Source: Narcine bancroftii
Lineage: Eukaryota
Assembly: GCF_036971445.1 (NCBI RefSeq)
Contig: NC_091478.1
Coordinates: 53,320,001-53,384,000, forward strand
Direction of reading: 5' to 3'
Length of the DNA: 64,000 nt
Positions 37,001 through 50,200 of the stretch are shown one piece after another. The notes below the pieces were generated by a model. The model saw nothing but the letters and a program-made list of their open reading frames with translations, made no database searches and was not told the DNA's origin. How positions within the stretch are numbered: the stretch's first letter is position 1; every line of letters starts with the position of its first letter. Position numbers and translations under genes: made by a program.

Positions 37001-37550
37001 CCTTTCCCTGCTAGCTTCCTGCCTCTCAATCCATCAATGTCTCTCTTATCTTGTAAGTACAAGGATGCATTCACATCTTGTTACTGCCCCGTACATTCCC
37101 ATCTCATGATGTTTTACCTAACAGGAGTACAAGGACACCTCCCCTTCTTGTTACAGCCTTGTACAGGGTAACTCCCTACACATTCCCATCTCATGATGTT
37201 TTACCTTACACCACCCTTCAGGTCCTACTTTTCAGTTTCCTTCTTAACTCCCTCTTCAGGTTCTCATCCTACTCCCATCTATGTCATTGGTACCATCGTG
37301 GACCACAACATCTGGCTGCTCACTCTCCCATTTCAGAATACTGTGGACTCGATCTGAGACATCCCTGACCCTGGCATCAGGGAACTAACATACCTTCTGG
37401 GAGCCTTGATGTTGTTCGCAGAACCTCCTACTGTAACTATTTGCCTAACTATTGAATCTCCAATCACTATAGCTCTCCTTTTCTCCCCCCTTCCCTTCTT
37501 AGCTGAGGGGCCTGACTCTGTGCTAGAGACCAGGGTGAAGACATAGCACT
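34090..37550 (-). mobile_element. long degenerate CR1 with ORF1 SGNH/GDSL esterase remnant and ORF2 remnants
   Basis: ORF1: RAIVIGDSIVRQ and LNVWLKSWCRGQRFRFVDHWNLLWGRCDLYKKDRLHLNWRGT. ORF2: LKCAYFNTRSIWNKEDEL and VSKFVDDTKVGG...WQMEFNLDKCEVMHFG. Confidence 0.88.
36778..37210 (-). mobile_element. solo LTR with 4-bp TSD in CR1 ORF1
   Basis: Termini tgttagg...ccttaca; TSD ccac at 36774-36777 and 37211-37214; TATAAAA and AATAAA on the minus strand. Confidence 0.85.
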
Positions 37551-37659
37551 CCTCCACAGGGAACCTACTGCTCAGTTGTGATTTGACAGCCTTATACTGA
37601 CTTTGAACTGTCTGTTAAAGGAGACAAAGGTGATTTTTTAAAAACCTTTTGAAGCAGCA

Positions 37660-38525
37660 GAGGTCTGTGCCCAAGATGGTGGTACCCATGCTCAGCAGTG
37701 AACCAGGGTGAGGGGGGGGCGGGGTGGTATGGGTGTGGTGATACAACCACTACTATAACTGCACTCCTACTGGCCTACTGCAGGGGATAACCACTGTATC
37801 TGCAGGTAGGCAAGCTGGGAGGCTGGCTCCACCTGTCCGCTGTCAATCCAATGATTCAAATCGGCCCCTTCCTAAATCAGTCGGGCATGCAGAACCAGAG
37901 GCTACACAGACCTGATGTTCACTTTGGTGTTCAACTTTAAGCTGATTAAAGCCTGTAGTACAGTCTTCTTGAGTTTTGTGTTTGTTTGCTGCACCACAGT
38001 AGCCTTCAAGAGAAAAGCAGGCAAGCACAGGGCTTCAGAGCAGAGAGCATCCTCTGCTGAGAAGGTGAAACCTGAGGGACAACCCTACAGGGATGGAGAC
38101 CACAAGAGTCGACAAGCAAGGACATCAGCGGCTGAATGACCCACACAGGCTGTTGGCAATTGGAAACTGGCTCTTCAGAAACAGGTTCTGGGAACGAGAT
38201 GGCAAGAGGGTTTCTACAGAGGCCTCGGCCACTGAAAGCTTCCGATTCTATCAAAGGGTCGAGACCAGGAGCACAGAATCACTGGTAAAATTGACTGGAG
38301 GCCATGCGGCTGCAGAGGCTGTGGAGCGCAGGAGGAGAATCCGTGGACACTAGAGGTTTCTGAAAGGATGCTCTTTTGCTTCTCTTTCTATCAGTGGTGG
38401 GGAAGCTGGCCCATTCTAGTGGCACCTTTTTGTGTGCCATTATGGCAGCCAAAAGTTCATGAATTTTGTGTAGTATTACATCTGTGTATTAGCACATGAC
38501 AAGAATAGAATATTGTTATTGAACC
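37660..38525 (+). mobile_element. non-autonomous interspersed repeat (same family as the RTE host)
   Basis: 5' cccaagatggtggtacccatg and 3' aattttgtgtagtattacat...catgacaag ends. Confidence 0.5.
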
Positions 38526-39004
38526 TATGTTTCTAATGGTGCAGTGAAGACACAGTTCACAGGCAGGCTTAGGGTGACATAGGGCTTCCTTAACTGAGAA
38601 CTCATTTCTCTGTGATCAGAAACATTTTCTCTCATTACTCAAATTGTATTGCTCTACATGCACGCTTTAATTATTTCATTCCATCAAACATCTTCTCTGT
38701 TCAATCATAGCCTACCCATAATTAAAATAATATGACATGTACTGTATCCTGTTCTTAATGAATAGCACACAAATTATTGTTCTTCCATAATTCTGGGAGA
38801 ATTTGCATGAAGACTGATTTCTGTAAATTAGCTAACCTGGGGAACCTCCACACACAATGCAAAGGTCTTCAGATTGATAGAAGGATCTGGGGTTAATGCA
38901 AGAATGTGGCATTGAGGTGAAGTGTCAACATAATTTAATTTACTGACAGGAGGAATCAGGACTCCTGCTTCTACTTCCAAACATTACACATGCCAGTCTT
39001 CATA

Positions 39005-40100
39005 AGGCCATAAGATAAAGGAGTGGAATAAGGCCATATGACCCATTGATTCTGCCCCTCCCCATTCCATTATGGCTGATTTAAGTATCCTTTTCAATCA
39101 CATTCTCCTGCCTTTTCCCTGTAACCTTTGATTCCTTTCCTAATCAAAAACCCATCAATTTTAAATACCCCAAATGACTTGGCCTATATAGATTTCCGTG
39201 CCAATAAATTACACAGATTCAACACTCTCTTGGTGAATCTGAATTGTGACAGAATATTTTGAAGTGGTTTGGGAGGAATTATTAGAGCAGCTTGCACACA
39301 CACACATTTTAAAACACAGAATGTTTGCAGGACTTTTGCAGAATGCTTTTTGCAGGAGGAAACAAAGTATCGACAACAGCTTGCCTGGGAGAACATGTGA
39401 TCTTTGCAGACAGAGAAGAAGAGTTTTGCTCTCAGAGAGGGAGGGGGTGAAACAGAAAGAGAGGAGACAGAAATCATTTCCAGAAGGACAAGCTGGCAAA
39501 CTTTGGAAGGCAGCCTGATCAAAGGAGAAGATTGACGGTCTGAAAGGTGACCTGAAAGAATGAGGATCATCTGGAGAACCCTGAAGGGGGAAAGTTTCGT
39601 CAGCAAGACTGATTGAGAAGGAATCAGCTGCGGATGTACTGATGTGTAATGAAAACCAGCAAGAACCCTCCTGAGTGGTAACCATTTGACTGTTAAGCAG
39701 TGGTGAACTTTGTTAATGCTAACCTCTGTGCACAGAACAAGAATTGCCTGCAACCAGTGAGATTGGACTGTCATCCAAAGAACTTTCTAATCTTAAATAT
39801 ACATTACACACACCTGTGCTTAGTATTAGAAGGGGGATTAAGTAAAATAGGTTAAGTAATAAGTTAATTTAGTTTTCTTGTTCAAATATAATTAAAAACA
39901 ACTTTTGTTGAAGTAACCCTATGTTGTGGTGAATATCTATTGCTGCTGGTTTTTGGGGTCCTCTGGATTCTGTAACTGAAGAAATGCCTCCCCATTCTGT
40001 CCTAAAGGGAAGGTCTTGTATTCTGCTTCTGGCCCCTCTCCACATCTACCGTATCCAGTCCTTTCAGTATTTGATATGTTTCAATGAGATCCTGCCCTCA
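39005..40100 (-). mobile_element. CR1 3' end split by a solo LTR
   Basis: cataagataaaggagtggaataaggcc...cacagattcaacactctcttggtgaa|gaaatgcctccc...ggcccctct. Confidence 0.7.
39245..39976 (+). mobile_element. probable solo LTR
   Basis: Inverted termini tgtgacagaat / attctgtaac; tgaa present on both flanks; interrupts the CR1 3' end. Confidence 0.65.
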
Positions 40101-40394
40101 ACATCAGTGATAGTTAATTTCTCTCTCTCTGCTCTCAACATTTTCTGTCTCCTCCAGACATCTCTCCTGTACCTGCCTCCAGCTGACACAAGCCCACACT
40201 CTTGCCAGATTTTCAGCCTGTCAGAGACTATCCCCTCTGCCCTCCTTGCCCCTCACATGTCCATCATTTTCTCCAAATCTTTAAATTAGTTTATTCTCAA
40301 AAGTTCTAAGATCTGCTGAAGTGTCCTCCAGCTGAAACATTACTTCTGATTTCTCTCTCAACACATGTGAACTGGCCTGCTGGATGCTTCCATT

Positions 40395-40965
40395 TTGTTT
40401 CAGGGCAGAGTTGGCACTGGGGATTTGATGTGTTTCAGAAGAGAATGGGCTTGGTGATCAAGTGTGTTTCAGCAGAGAGTGGGCACAGGGATCTGGTGTG
40501 TTTCATGGAGAATGGGCATCAGGGATCTGGTGTGTTTCATGGAGAGTGGGCATCAGGGATCTGAAATGTTTCAGGGGAGAGTGGGCATCAGGGATCTGAT
40601 ATGTTTCAGGGGAGAGTGGGCACAGGGATCTGGTGTGTTTCATGGAGAGTGGGCATCAGGGATCTGGTGTGTTTCATGGAGAGTGGGCACAGGGATCTGG
40701 TGTATTTCATGGAGAGTGGGCATCAGGGATCTGGTGTGTTTCATGGAGAGTGAGCATCAGGGATCTGATATGTTTCAGGGGAGAGTGGGCAGAGATCTGA
40801 TGTGTTTCATGGAGAGTGGGCATCAGGGATCTGATATGTTTCAGGGGAGACTGGACAGAGGAGATCTGATGTGTTCCCAAAGAGTGTGGGCACTGAAGAT
40901 CTGAAGTGTTTCAGGGGAGAGTATGCACTGGAGATCTTGTGTGCTTCAGGGGAATATGGACAATG
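40395..40965. repeat. 33-34-bp minisatellite (tggagagtgggcatcagggatctggtgtgtttca), related to satellite B
   Basis: About 16 tandem units, most homogeneous at 40475-40850. Confidence 0.92.
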
Positions 40966-41229
40966 AAGATCTGGCGACTGACACATAAGTGTGGGACCTG
41001 GGGATCTAGTCTCTATCAAGGAATGTGGTACATGGGTTCTGGTGTTTTCCAGATCAGTTTGGGCAGCGGGGGTCTGTTGTATTTCAGGGCAGAGTGGGCC
41101 TTGGGAAACTGATGTGAAGTGTAAGAGAAGAGAAGGCACTGGGTATTTCAGCAGAAAATGAGTTTTGGGATCTGATATTTCAGGAGTGTGGGAACCAGGG
41201 ACTGGTGTACTTCACGGGATTTTGCGCAG

Positions 41230-44200
41230 TTGGAATCTGCTGTGTTTCAGGGGAAAGTGGCTGCCAGGGTCCTCGTGTGTTTCAGGTCAAAGTGGACACT
41301 GGGCACCTGGTGTGTTTCAGGTCAGTGTGGACAGTGGGTACCTGGTGCGTTTCAGGTCAGTGTGGACACTGGGCATATTCTGTGTTTCTGGTCAGTGTGG
41401 ACACTGGACACCTGGTGTGTTTCAGGTTAGTGTCAGCACTGGGCATCTGTTGTGTTTCAGGTCAGCATGGACACTGGGAACCTGAACCTATTGTGTTTCA
41501 GGTTAGTGTGGACACTGGACACCTTGGTATCTTTCAGGTCAGCGTTAGCACTGGGCACCTGGTGTTTCAGGTCAGCGTGGACACTGGGAACCTGTTATGT
41601 TTCAGCTCATTGTGGATACTGGACACCTGGTGTGTTTCAGGTCAGCGTGGCCACTGGGAATCTGAACTTGTTGTGTTTCAGGCCAGTGTGGACACTGGAC
41701 ACCTGGTGTGTTTCAGGTCAGCGTCAGCACTGGGCACCTGATGTGTTTCAGGTCAGTGTGGACACTGGGAACCTGTTGTGTTTCAGGTCAGTGTGGGCAC
41801 TGGGCACCTGGTGTGTTTCAGGTCAGTGTGGGCATGAAACAGTATTTGGCAGAAAGTCAGAATTTAGAGAAAGAAATAGCATTGTAAGAGAGGAAATTTC
41901 AGAAGAGTTCAACTGAAGATAATAAGGTACAATTATCTAAATTGAAAATATGTTATAACACTTTGCAAACTTATAAGTATGAGAAAGTGATTCAAAGATT
42001 GAAACAACATTATTATGAGTTAAGTGAGAGAGCCCATAGGTTCTACCTTGGCAGTTGAAGACTGAACAAATATCTAGGACGATCAATGCAGTCAGGAGAA
42101 ACTCAATGATAACATATAAACCCCAGGAAATTAATGATGAATTTTGTACATTTTTACACATCTGGGGGAACTCAGGATATTGAACAGATTTAATCTTTTT
42201 AGGCTAATTTAAATTTACCTTTGTTAAATGAAAAAGATATTAAGGATATTAAGTCCATTTACTGATTTAGAGCTTAAGAAGGCATTGCAATCTATGCCTA
42301 GTGGGAAATCTCCAGGAGAAGATGGATTTACAATGGAGTTCTATAAAGAATTTTATGACTTGTTACTTCCTGTATATACAGAAGTACTTAAGCAAGCGAC
42401 AGAAATGGGTTTATTTCCAGAGTCATTCTCAAGAGTGTTGATAACACTTATTCTAAAGAAGGACAGATATCCATTAAAAGTGACTTCATATAGACTGATA
42501 TCTTTATTGAATATGGATTATAAGAATGTAGCAAAGGTATTAGCGAACAGATTGGCTAATTTTCTACTACAATTAGTACATGTGGATCAAGCAAGTTTTA
42601 TAAAGAATAGATATTCAGCTTATAATATTACTAATTTGATTAAAATAATTAATGCTTCAAGACGCCAACTCAACTGCTAGATGCGGAAAAAGCTTTTGAC
42701 TGTGTTGAGTGGAATTTTTTATTTAAAGTGTTAGAAAGATTTAAATTTGAACCACTAAATAGTTGGATGGGTGAAAGCATTATATACCAATCCTTCTGCC
42801 CGGGTGGTGACGAATGGACAGATTTCACCTGCATTTAATTTGTCTAGATCAACCAGACAGGGCTGTCCATTATCACCAGCCTTATTTGTATTAGTTATAG
42901 AACCATTGGCTCAAATGATAAGACAAGATATTAATATTAAGGGAATTAAAATAGGTGAACAAGCGTATAAACTTAATTGTGTTGATATATTTATCTTATC
43001 CTAGAAATTCTTAAGAGCCATTACAAAATTTGCTGAATCAATATGGAGTAATTTCGGTTATAAGGTTAACTGGGATAAAAGTGAAATATCGATATCAGAT
43101 GAAGACTATTCAGATTGTAAACAGCTTACAAAGTTTAGATGGTCTAATAAAATTAAATATTTTGGGATAATAGTAAATAGAGAATATCAAAATCTGTATG
43201 GTTTAAATTAAATAAGATAAAATTTGTTTTAAATAGATGGAAAGATTTGCCTTTAATATGATTGGAAGAGTAAATTGTATCAAAATTAATATATATCCTC
43301 ATGTTCATTATCTTTTTCAGTCTATTCTGTGTTCTATACCAAGGAAATTTTTTAAGGAACTAAATAAAGTAATTTGTTTGTTTTTATGAAAAAGTAAGTT
43401 GTTGAGTTTCCCTGCAGATGTTGATATGGAGGTATGATTTAGGTGGACTTTAATTACCACATTTTCAGAATTATTATGAAGCAGCACAACTAAAATTTAT
43501 CAATAGGATGTTTGATATTGATCAACCCTCAGTATGGGCAAAGGTGGAGTTGGATTAGATATCTGAGAATAAAGTACATCATTTTATATATAAATGGAAT
43601 TCTTCTCTTTTGCAAAAGTATAAACTGCCTGTATTGAGCATTTAATGGATATCTGGTATAAATTGGACCAGATTATAGGAACTAAAGGTAAAATTTCAGC
43701 TAAGAGACCATTATATCAGAACAAGATCATTCCTTTTTCTCTCAATAACCCCTATTTGAAAGATTGGGAAATGAAAGGTGTGAAATTGGTGGAGGATTAT
43801 TTTGAACCAGGTATGTTTCTTTCTTTTATTAGACTTGGAGAGAAATTTGGGATATCACTGAATTCTTTATTTGTTTATTATCAAGTTTGAGATATATTGT
43901 TAGAAAATTTTGGAAGAGATTTGGTGTTACCTGGTCAAACTAAAATTGAGATATTAATTGCTGATAAGGGAATGAAAGGGTTTATTTCCAAAATGTATGC
44001 GTTATTACAGGAAAAGATGATTAAGGTTGATGTATATAAAATGAAAGACAAATGGGAGAAGGATTTGTCCATTATATTATCTCAGGAGGAATGGTCGAAT
44101 ATATGAGTTGATAGCATTACAAAATTAATTAACGTGAGATATAGTTTGTTAATTATAATTTTTTACACCAGTTATATTTAACTCCAGAGACATTAAAAAA

Positions 44201-47200
44201 ATATGGTTTTAGTTCTTCGGATTTGTGCTTTTGATGTGGAGTACCGAGAGGAACTTTCTTACATTCAATATGGGCATGTACAAAAGTTAAACCTTTTTGG
44301 GCAAAAATTACTAAGTTTTTGGAGGATTTATTTAAGATGGATTTGCACCTTGATCTATTAGTGTGTTTAATGGGTTATACTTATACATTAACGACAGGTT
44401 TGTGATTGGATAAATCACAAATTGCATTTATACGATTAGAACTGGCAGTAGCCAGAAAATGTATAGCTGTTACATGGAAGAATGAAGTTGAATTCAATAT
44501 ACAATGATGGCACAATGAATTTCAATCGTGTCTTTATTTAGAGAAGAGAACTTAAAATTTGCAAAATAATTATCCTTATTTTGTTAAAATGAGGACTTTA
44601 TATTTGAAATATATGCGATTCGACATGAAGTAAATGATTTTTTGTGCGATGGCACACCAAGCAGTAAATACCCAATATAATTTTTTATTTCTCTGAAACG
44701 AGGGGTGAGGGGAGGAGGGGAAGAGTGGACACTGGGCACCTGCTGTTTTTAAGGTCAGTGGTCACTGGGCACCTGGTGTGTTCCAGGTCACCGTTCGCAC
44801 TGGGCACTTGCTGTGTTTCAGGTCAGCATGGGGACCGTGAGCACCTGGTGTGTTTCAAGTCAGTGTGGACAGTGGGATCCTGGTGTGTTTCAGGTCAGTG
44901 GGGAACTGAGCACCTGCTGTGTTTCACATCAGCGTGGACACCAGGCACCTGGTGTGTTTTAGGTCACCGTTCGCACTGCGAAATCTGGTGTGTTTCAGGT
45001 CAGTGTGGATACTGGGCACTTGGTATGTTTCAGGTCAGTGTGGAGAGTGGGTATCTGTCGTGTTTCAGGTCAGCGTTCGCGCTGGGGATCTGGTGGGTTT
45101 CAGTTCAGTGTGGACCGTGGGTACCTGGTGTGTTTTAGGTGAATGTGGACAGTAGCCACCTGGTGTGTTTCAGCTCAGTGTGGACACTGGACACCTGCTA
45201 TATTTCAGGTCAATGTGGATACTGGACACCTGTTTTGCTACAAGTCAACGTGGACACTGGGCACCTGGTTTGTTTCAGTTCAGCGTCGGCACTGGGAACC
45301 TGATGTGTTTCAGATCAGCGTGGACACTGGGAACCTGTTGTGTTTCAGGTCAGTTTGGATACTGGGCCCTTGGTGTGTTTCAGATCATTGTGGACAGGGG
45401 TTACCTGGTGCGTTTCAGGTCAGCGTTCGCACTGGGTACCTGGTGATATTCAGCTCAGTATGGATACTGGGAACCTGACATGTTTCAGGTCAGTTTGGAT
45501 ACTGGGTACCTGCTGTGTTTCAGGTCAGTTTTCATTCTGGGTACCTTTTGTCTTTCAGGTCATCGTGGACAGTGGCCACCTGGTATGTTTCTGGTCAGTG
45601 TGGTCACTGTGCACCTGGTGTTTTTCAGGTCAGCTTGGACACTGGACAACTAGTGTGTTTCAGGTCGCACTGGGTACCTGGTGATTTTCACGTCAGTATG
45701 GATACGGGGCACCTTCTGTGTTTATGGTCAGAGTGGACACTGGGCTTCTGGTGTGTTTCAGGTTAGCATGAGCACTGGGCACATGCTGTGTTTAAGGTCA
45801 GAGTGGACACTGTGCACCTGGTTTGTATTAATTCATTGTGGACACTGGGCACCTGGTGTGTTTCAGGCAAGACTTGGCAATGGGGAACTGGTGTGCTTCA
45901 GGTTAGCATGAACACTGGGCACCTGGGGTGTTTCAGGTCAGCAAGGACACTTGGCAGCTGGTGTGTTTCACGTCAGAGTGGACACTGGGCACCTTGTGTG
46001 TTTCAGGTCAGATTGGACAGTGGGCACCTGGTGTGTTTCAGGTCAGCATGGACACTGGACTCCTGGTGTGTTTTTGGTCAGTGTAGAAACTGGGCACCTG
46101 GTGTGTTTCAAGTCAGTGTGGACAGTGGGATTCTGGTGTGTTTCAGGTCAGCGGTCGCACTGGATACCTGCTATGTTTCAAGTCAACGTGGACACTGGGA
46201 ACCTGATGTGTTTCAGGTCAGCGTGGACTGTGGACAACTAGTGTGTTTCAAATCAGCGGTCGCATTTGCAATCTGCTTTGTTTCAGGTCAATGTGGACAC
46301 TGGGAACCTGGTGTGTTTCAGGTCAGCGTGGACTGTGGACAACTAGTGTGTTTCAGGTCAGCATTCGCACTGGATACCTGGTGATTTTCAGGTCAGTATT
46401 GATACTGGGCACCTGGTTTGTTTCACGTCAGCATAAACAGTGAGCACCTGGTGTGTTTCAAGTCAGTGTGGACAGGGGGAATCTGGTGTGTTTCAGGTCA
46501 GCGGTCGCACTAGGTACCAGCTGTGTTTCACTACAGTGTGGACACTGGGCACATTTTGCTTTTCAGGTCAGCGTGGGCACTGGGCATCTGCTTTGTTTCA
46601 GTTCATTGTTAATACTGGGAACCTGATGTGTTTCAGGTCAGCGTGGACTGTGGACATTCAGCTCAGTGTTCGCACTGGGTAGCTGGTGATTTTCAGGTCA
46701 GTATGGATACTGGTCATCTGGTGTGTTTCAAGTAAGCATGAACACTGCACACCTGGTGTGTTTCAGGTCAGCAAGGACACTCGGCACCTGGTGTGTATGA
46801 CATCAGCGTAGTCACTGGGTACCTGGTGATATTCAGCTCAGTATGGATACTGGGAACCTGACATGTTTCAGGTCAGTTTGGATACTGGGTACCTGCTGTG
46901 TTTCAGGTCAGTTTTCATTCTGGGTACCTTTTGTCTTTCAGGTCATCGTGGACAATGGCCACCTGGTATGTTTCTGGTCAGTGTGGGCACTGTGCACCTG
47001 GTGTTTTTCAGGTCAGCTTGGACACTGGACAACTAGTGTGTTTCAGGTCGCACTGGGTACCTTGTGATTTTCACGTCAGTATGGATACGGGGCACCTTCT
47101 GTGTTTATGGTCAGAGTGGACACTGAGCTTCTGGTGTGTTTCAGGTTAGCATGAGCACTGGGCACATGCTGTGTTGAAGGTCAGAGTGGACACTGTGCAC

Positions 47201-50200
47201 CTGGTTTGTATCAATTCATTGTGAACACTGGGCACCTGGTGTGTTTCAGGCAAGACTTGGCAATGGGGAACTGGTGTACTTCAGGTTAGCATGAACACTG
47301 GGCACCTGGGGTGTTTCAGGTCAGCAAGGACACTTGGCAGCTGGTGTGTTTCACGTCAGAGTGGACACTGGGCACCTTGTGTGTTTCAGGTCAGAGTGGA
47401 CAAGGGGGCACCTGGTGTGTTTCAGGTCAGCATGGACCCTGGACTCCTGGTGTGTTTTTGGTCAGTGTAGAAACTGGGCACCTGGTGTGTTTCAAGTCAG
47501 TGTGGACAGGGGGATTCTGGTGTGTTTCAGGTCAGAGGTCGCACTGGATACCTGCTATGTTTCAAGTCAACGTGCACACTGGGAACCTGATGTGTTTCAG
47601 GTCAGCGTGGACTGTGGACAACTAGTGTGTTTCAAATCAGCGGTCGCATTTGCCATCTGCTTTGTTTCAGGTCAGCGTGGACTGTGGACAACTAGTGTGT
47701 TTCAGGTCAGCATTCGCACTGGATACCTGGTGATTTTCAGGTCAGTATTGATACTGGGCACCTGGTGTGTTTCACGTCAGCATGAACAGTGAGCACCTGG
47801 TGTGTTTCAAGTCAGTGTGGACAGGGGAAATCTGGTGTGTTTCAGGTCAGCGGTCGCACTAGGTACCAGCTGTGTTTCACATCAGTGTGGACACTAGGCA
47901 CATTTTGCTTTTCAGGTCAGCGTGGGCACTGGGCAACTGCTTTGTTTCAGTTCATTGTTAACACTGGGAACCTGATGTGTTTCAGGTCAGCGTGGACTGT
48001 GGACAACTCGTGTGTTTCAGGTCAGCATTCGCACTGGATACCTGGTGATGTTCAGGTCAGTATTGATACTGGGCACCTGGTGTGTTTCACGTCAGCATGA
48101 ACAGTGAGCACCTGGTGTGTTTCAAGTCAGAGTGGACAGGGGGGATCTGGTGTGTTTCAGGTCAGCGGTCGCACTAGGTACCAGCTGTGTTTCACATCAG
48201 TGTGGACACTGGGCACATTTTGCTTTTCAGGTCAGCGTGGGCACTGGGCAACTGCTTTGTTTCAGTTTATTGTTAACACTGGGAACCTGATGTGTTTCAG
48301 GTCACCGTGGACTGTGGACAACTAGTGTGTTTCAGCTCGCTCAGTGTTCGCACTGGGTAGCTGGTGATTTTCAGGTCAGTATGGATACTGGTCATCTGGT
48401 GTGTTTCAAGTAAGCATGAACACTGCACACCTGGTGTGTTTCAGGTCAGCAAGGACACTCGGCACCTGGTGTGTATGACATCAGCGTAGTCACTGGGTAC
48501 CGTGTGTGTTTCAGGTCAGTGTGTACTCTGGGCCCCTGGTGTGTTTTAGATCAGTGTAGACCCTGGGCATCTGAGGTGTTACATGATAGCATGTACAGTG
48601 GGCACTCGGTGTGTTTCAGGTCAGCGTGGACACTGGGAACCTGTTGTGTTTCAGGTCAGTGTGGACACTGGGCACCTTGTGTGTTTCAGATCAGCATGGA
48701 CAATGGACTTCTGGTGTGTTTCATGTCAGTGTGGAGAGTGGGTACCTGGTGTGTTTCAGTGAAGCGTTTGCACTGGGAACCTGGTGAGTTTCAGGTCAGT
48801 TTGCATATTGAGCCCCTGGTGTGTTTCAGATCAGTGTGGATCCTGGGTTTCTGAGGTGTTACAGGTCAGCGTGGACACTGGACAACTAGTGTGTTTGAGG
48901 TCAGCGTTCGCACTGGGTGCCTGGTGATTTTCACATCAGTTTGGATACTGGGAACCTGGTGTGTTTCAGGTCAGCAAGGACACTCTGCATCTGGTGTGTT
49001 TCACGTCAGCGTAGGCACTGTGTACCTTGTGTGTTTCAGGTCTTAGTGGAAATTGGGCCTCTGGTGTAATTCAGATCAGTGTGGACTCTGGGCACCTGGT
49101 GTGTTTCAGGTTAGCATGAACACAGGGCACCTGGTGTGTTTCAGATCATTGTGGAGAGTGGGTAACTGGCATGTTTCAGGTCAGCGTTTGTGTTGGGTAC
49201 CTGGTGTGTTTCAGTTCAGTGTGGACCGTGGGTACCTGGTGTGTTTCAGGTCAGCGTAGATTCTGGTCACCTGGTGTGTTTAATGTCAGAGTGGACAGGG
49301 GGAATCTGGTGTGTTTCAGATCATAGTGGACATTGGGCCCCTGGTGTGATTCAGATCAGTGTGGACCCTGGGCAACTGAGATGTTACTGGTCAGTGTGTC
49401 CACTGAGCACCTGCTGTGTTTCAGGTCTGCGTGGACACTGGGTACCTGGTGATATTCAGGTCAGTATGGACACTGGGCACCTGGTGTGTTTCAGGTTAGC
49501 ATGAACACTGGTCACCTGGTGTGTTTTAGGTCAGCAAGGACACTCGGCATCTAGTGTGTTTCACGTCAGCGTAGGCACTGAGTATCTTGTGTGTTTAAGC
49601 TCAGAATGGATACTGAGCACCTGGTGTGTTACAGGTCAGTGCAGACACTGGACACCTGGTGTATGTTTGGTTAGTGTAGACACTGGGCACCTGGTGTGTT
49701 TCAGGTCAGCATGAACCGTGAGCACCTGGTGTGTTTCAGCTCAGCGTTAGCACTGGGTACCTGGTGTGTTTCATGTCATTGTGGACACTGGGCTCCTCAG
49801 CTCAGCGTTAGCACTGGGTACCTGGTGTGTTTCATGTCATTGTGGACACTGGGCTCCTGGTGTGTTTCAGATCAGTGTAGATCCTGGGCATCTGAGCTGT
49901 TACAGGTCATCGTAGAGACTGGACATCTGGTGTGTTTTTGGTCAGGGTAGACACTGGACACCCGGTGTGTTTCAGGTCAGCGTGGACTGTGGACAACTAG
50001 TGTGTTTCAGGTCAACGTTCGCAATGGGTACCTGGTGATTTTCAGCTCAGTATGCATACTGGGCACCTGGTGTGTTTCAGGTCAGTTTGGACACTGGGTA
50101 CCTGCTGTGTTTCAGATCAGTTTTCCCACTGGGTACCTGGTATGTTTCAGAGCAGCGTGGACAGTGGACACCTGGTGTGTTTCAGATCAGTGTGGGCACT

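Noticed and set aside
36536-37557. SGNH/GDSL esterase gene
   Set aside because: This is the known esterase domain of CR1 ORF1, here disrupted and followed by CR1 ORF2 remnants.
39184-39774. 196-aa and 158-aa ORFs
   Set aside because: They lie almost wholly within an LTR-like insert and show no recognisable motifs.
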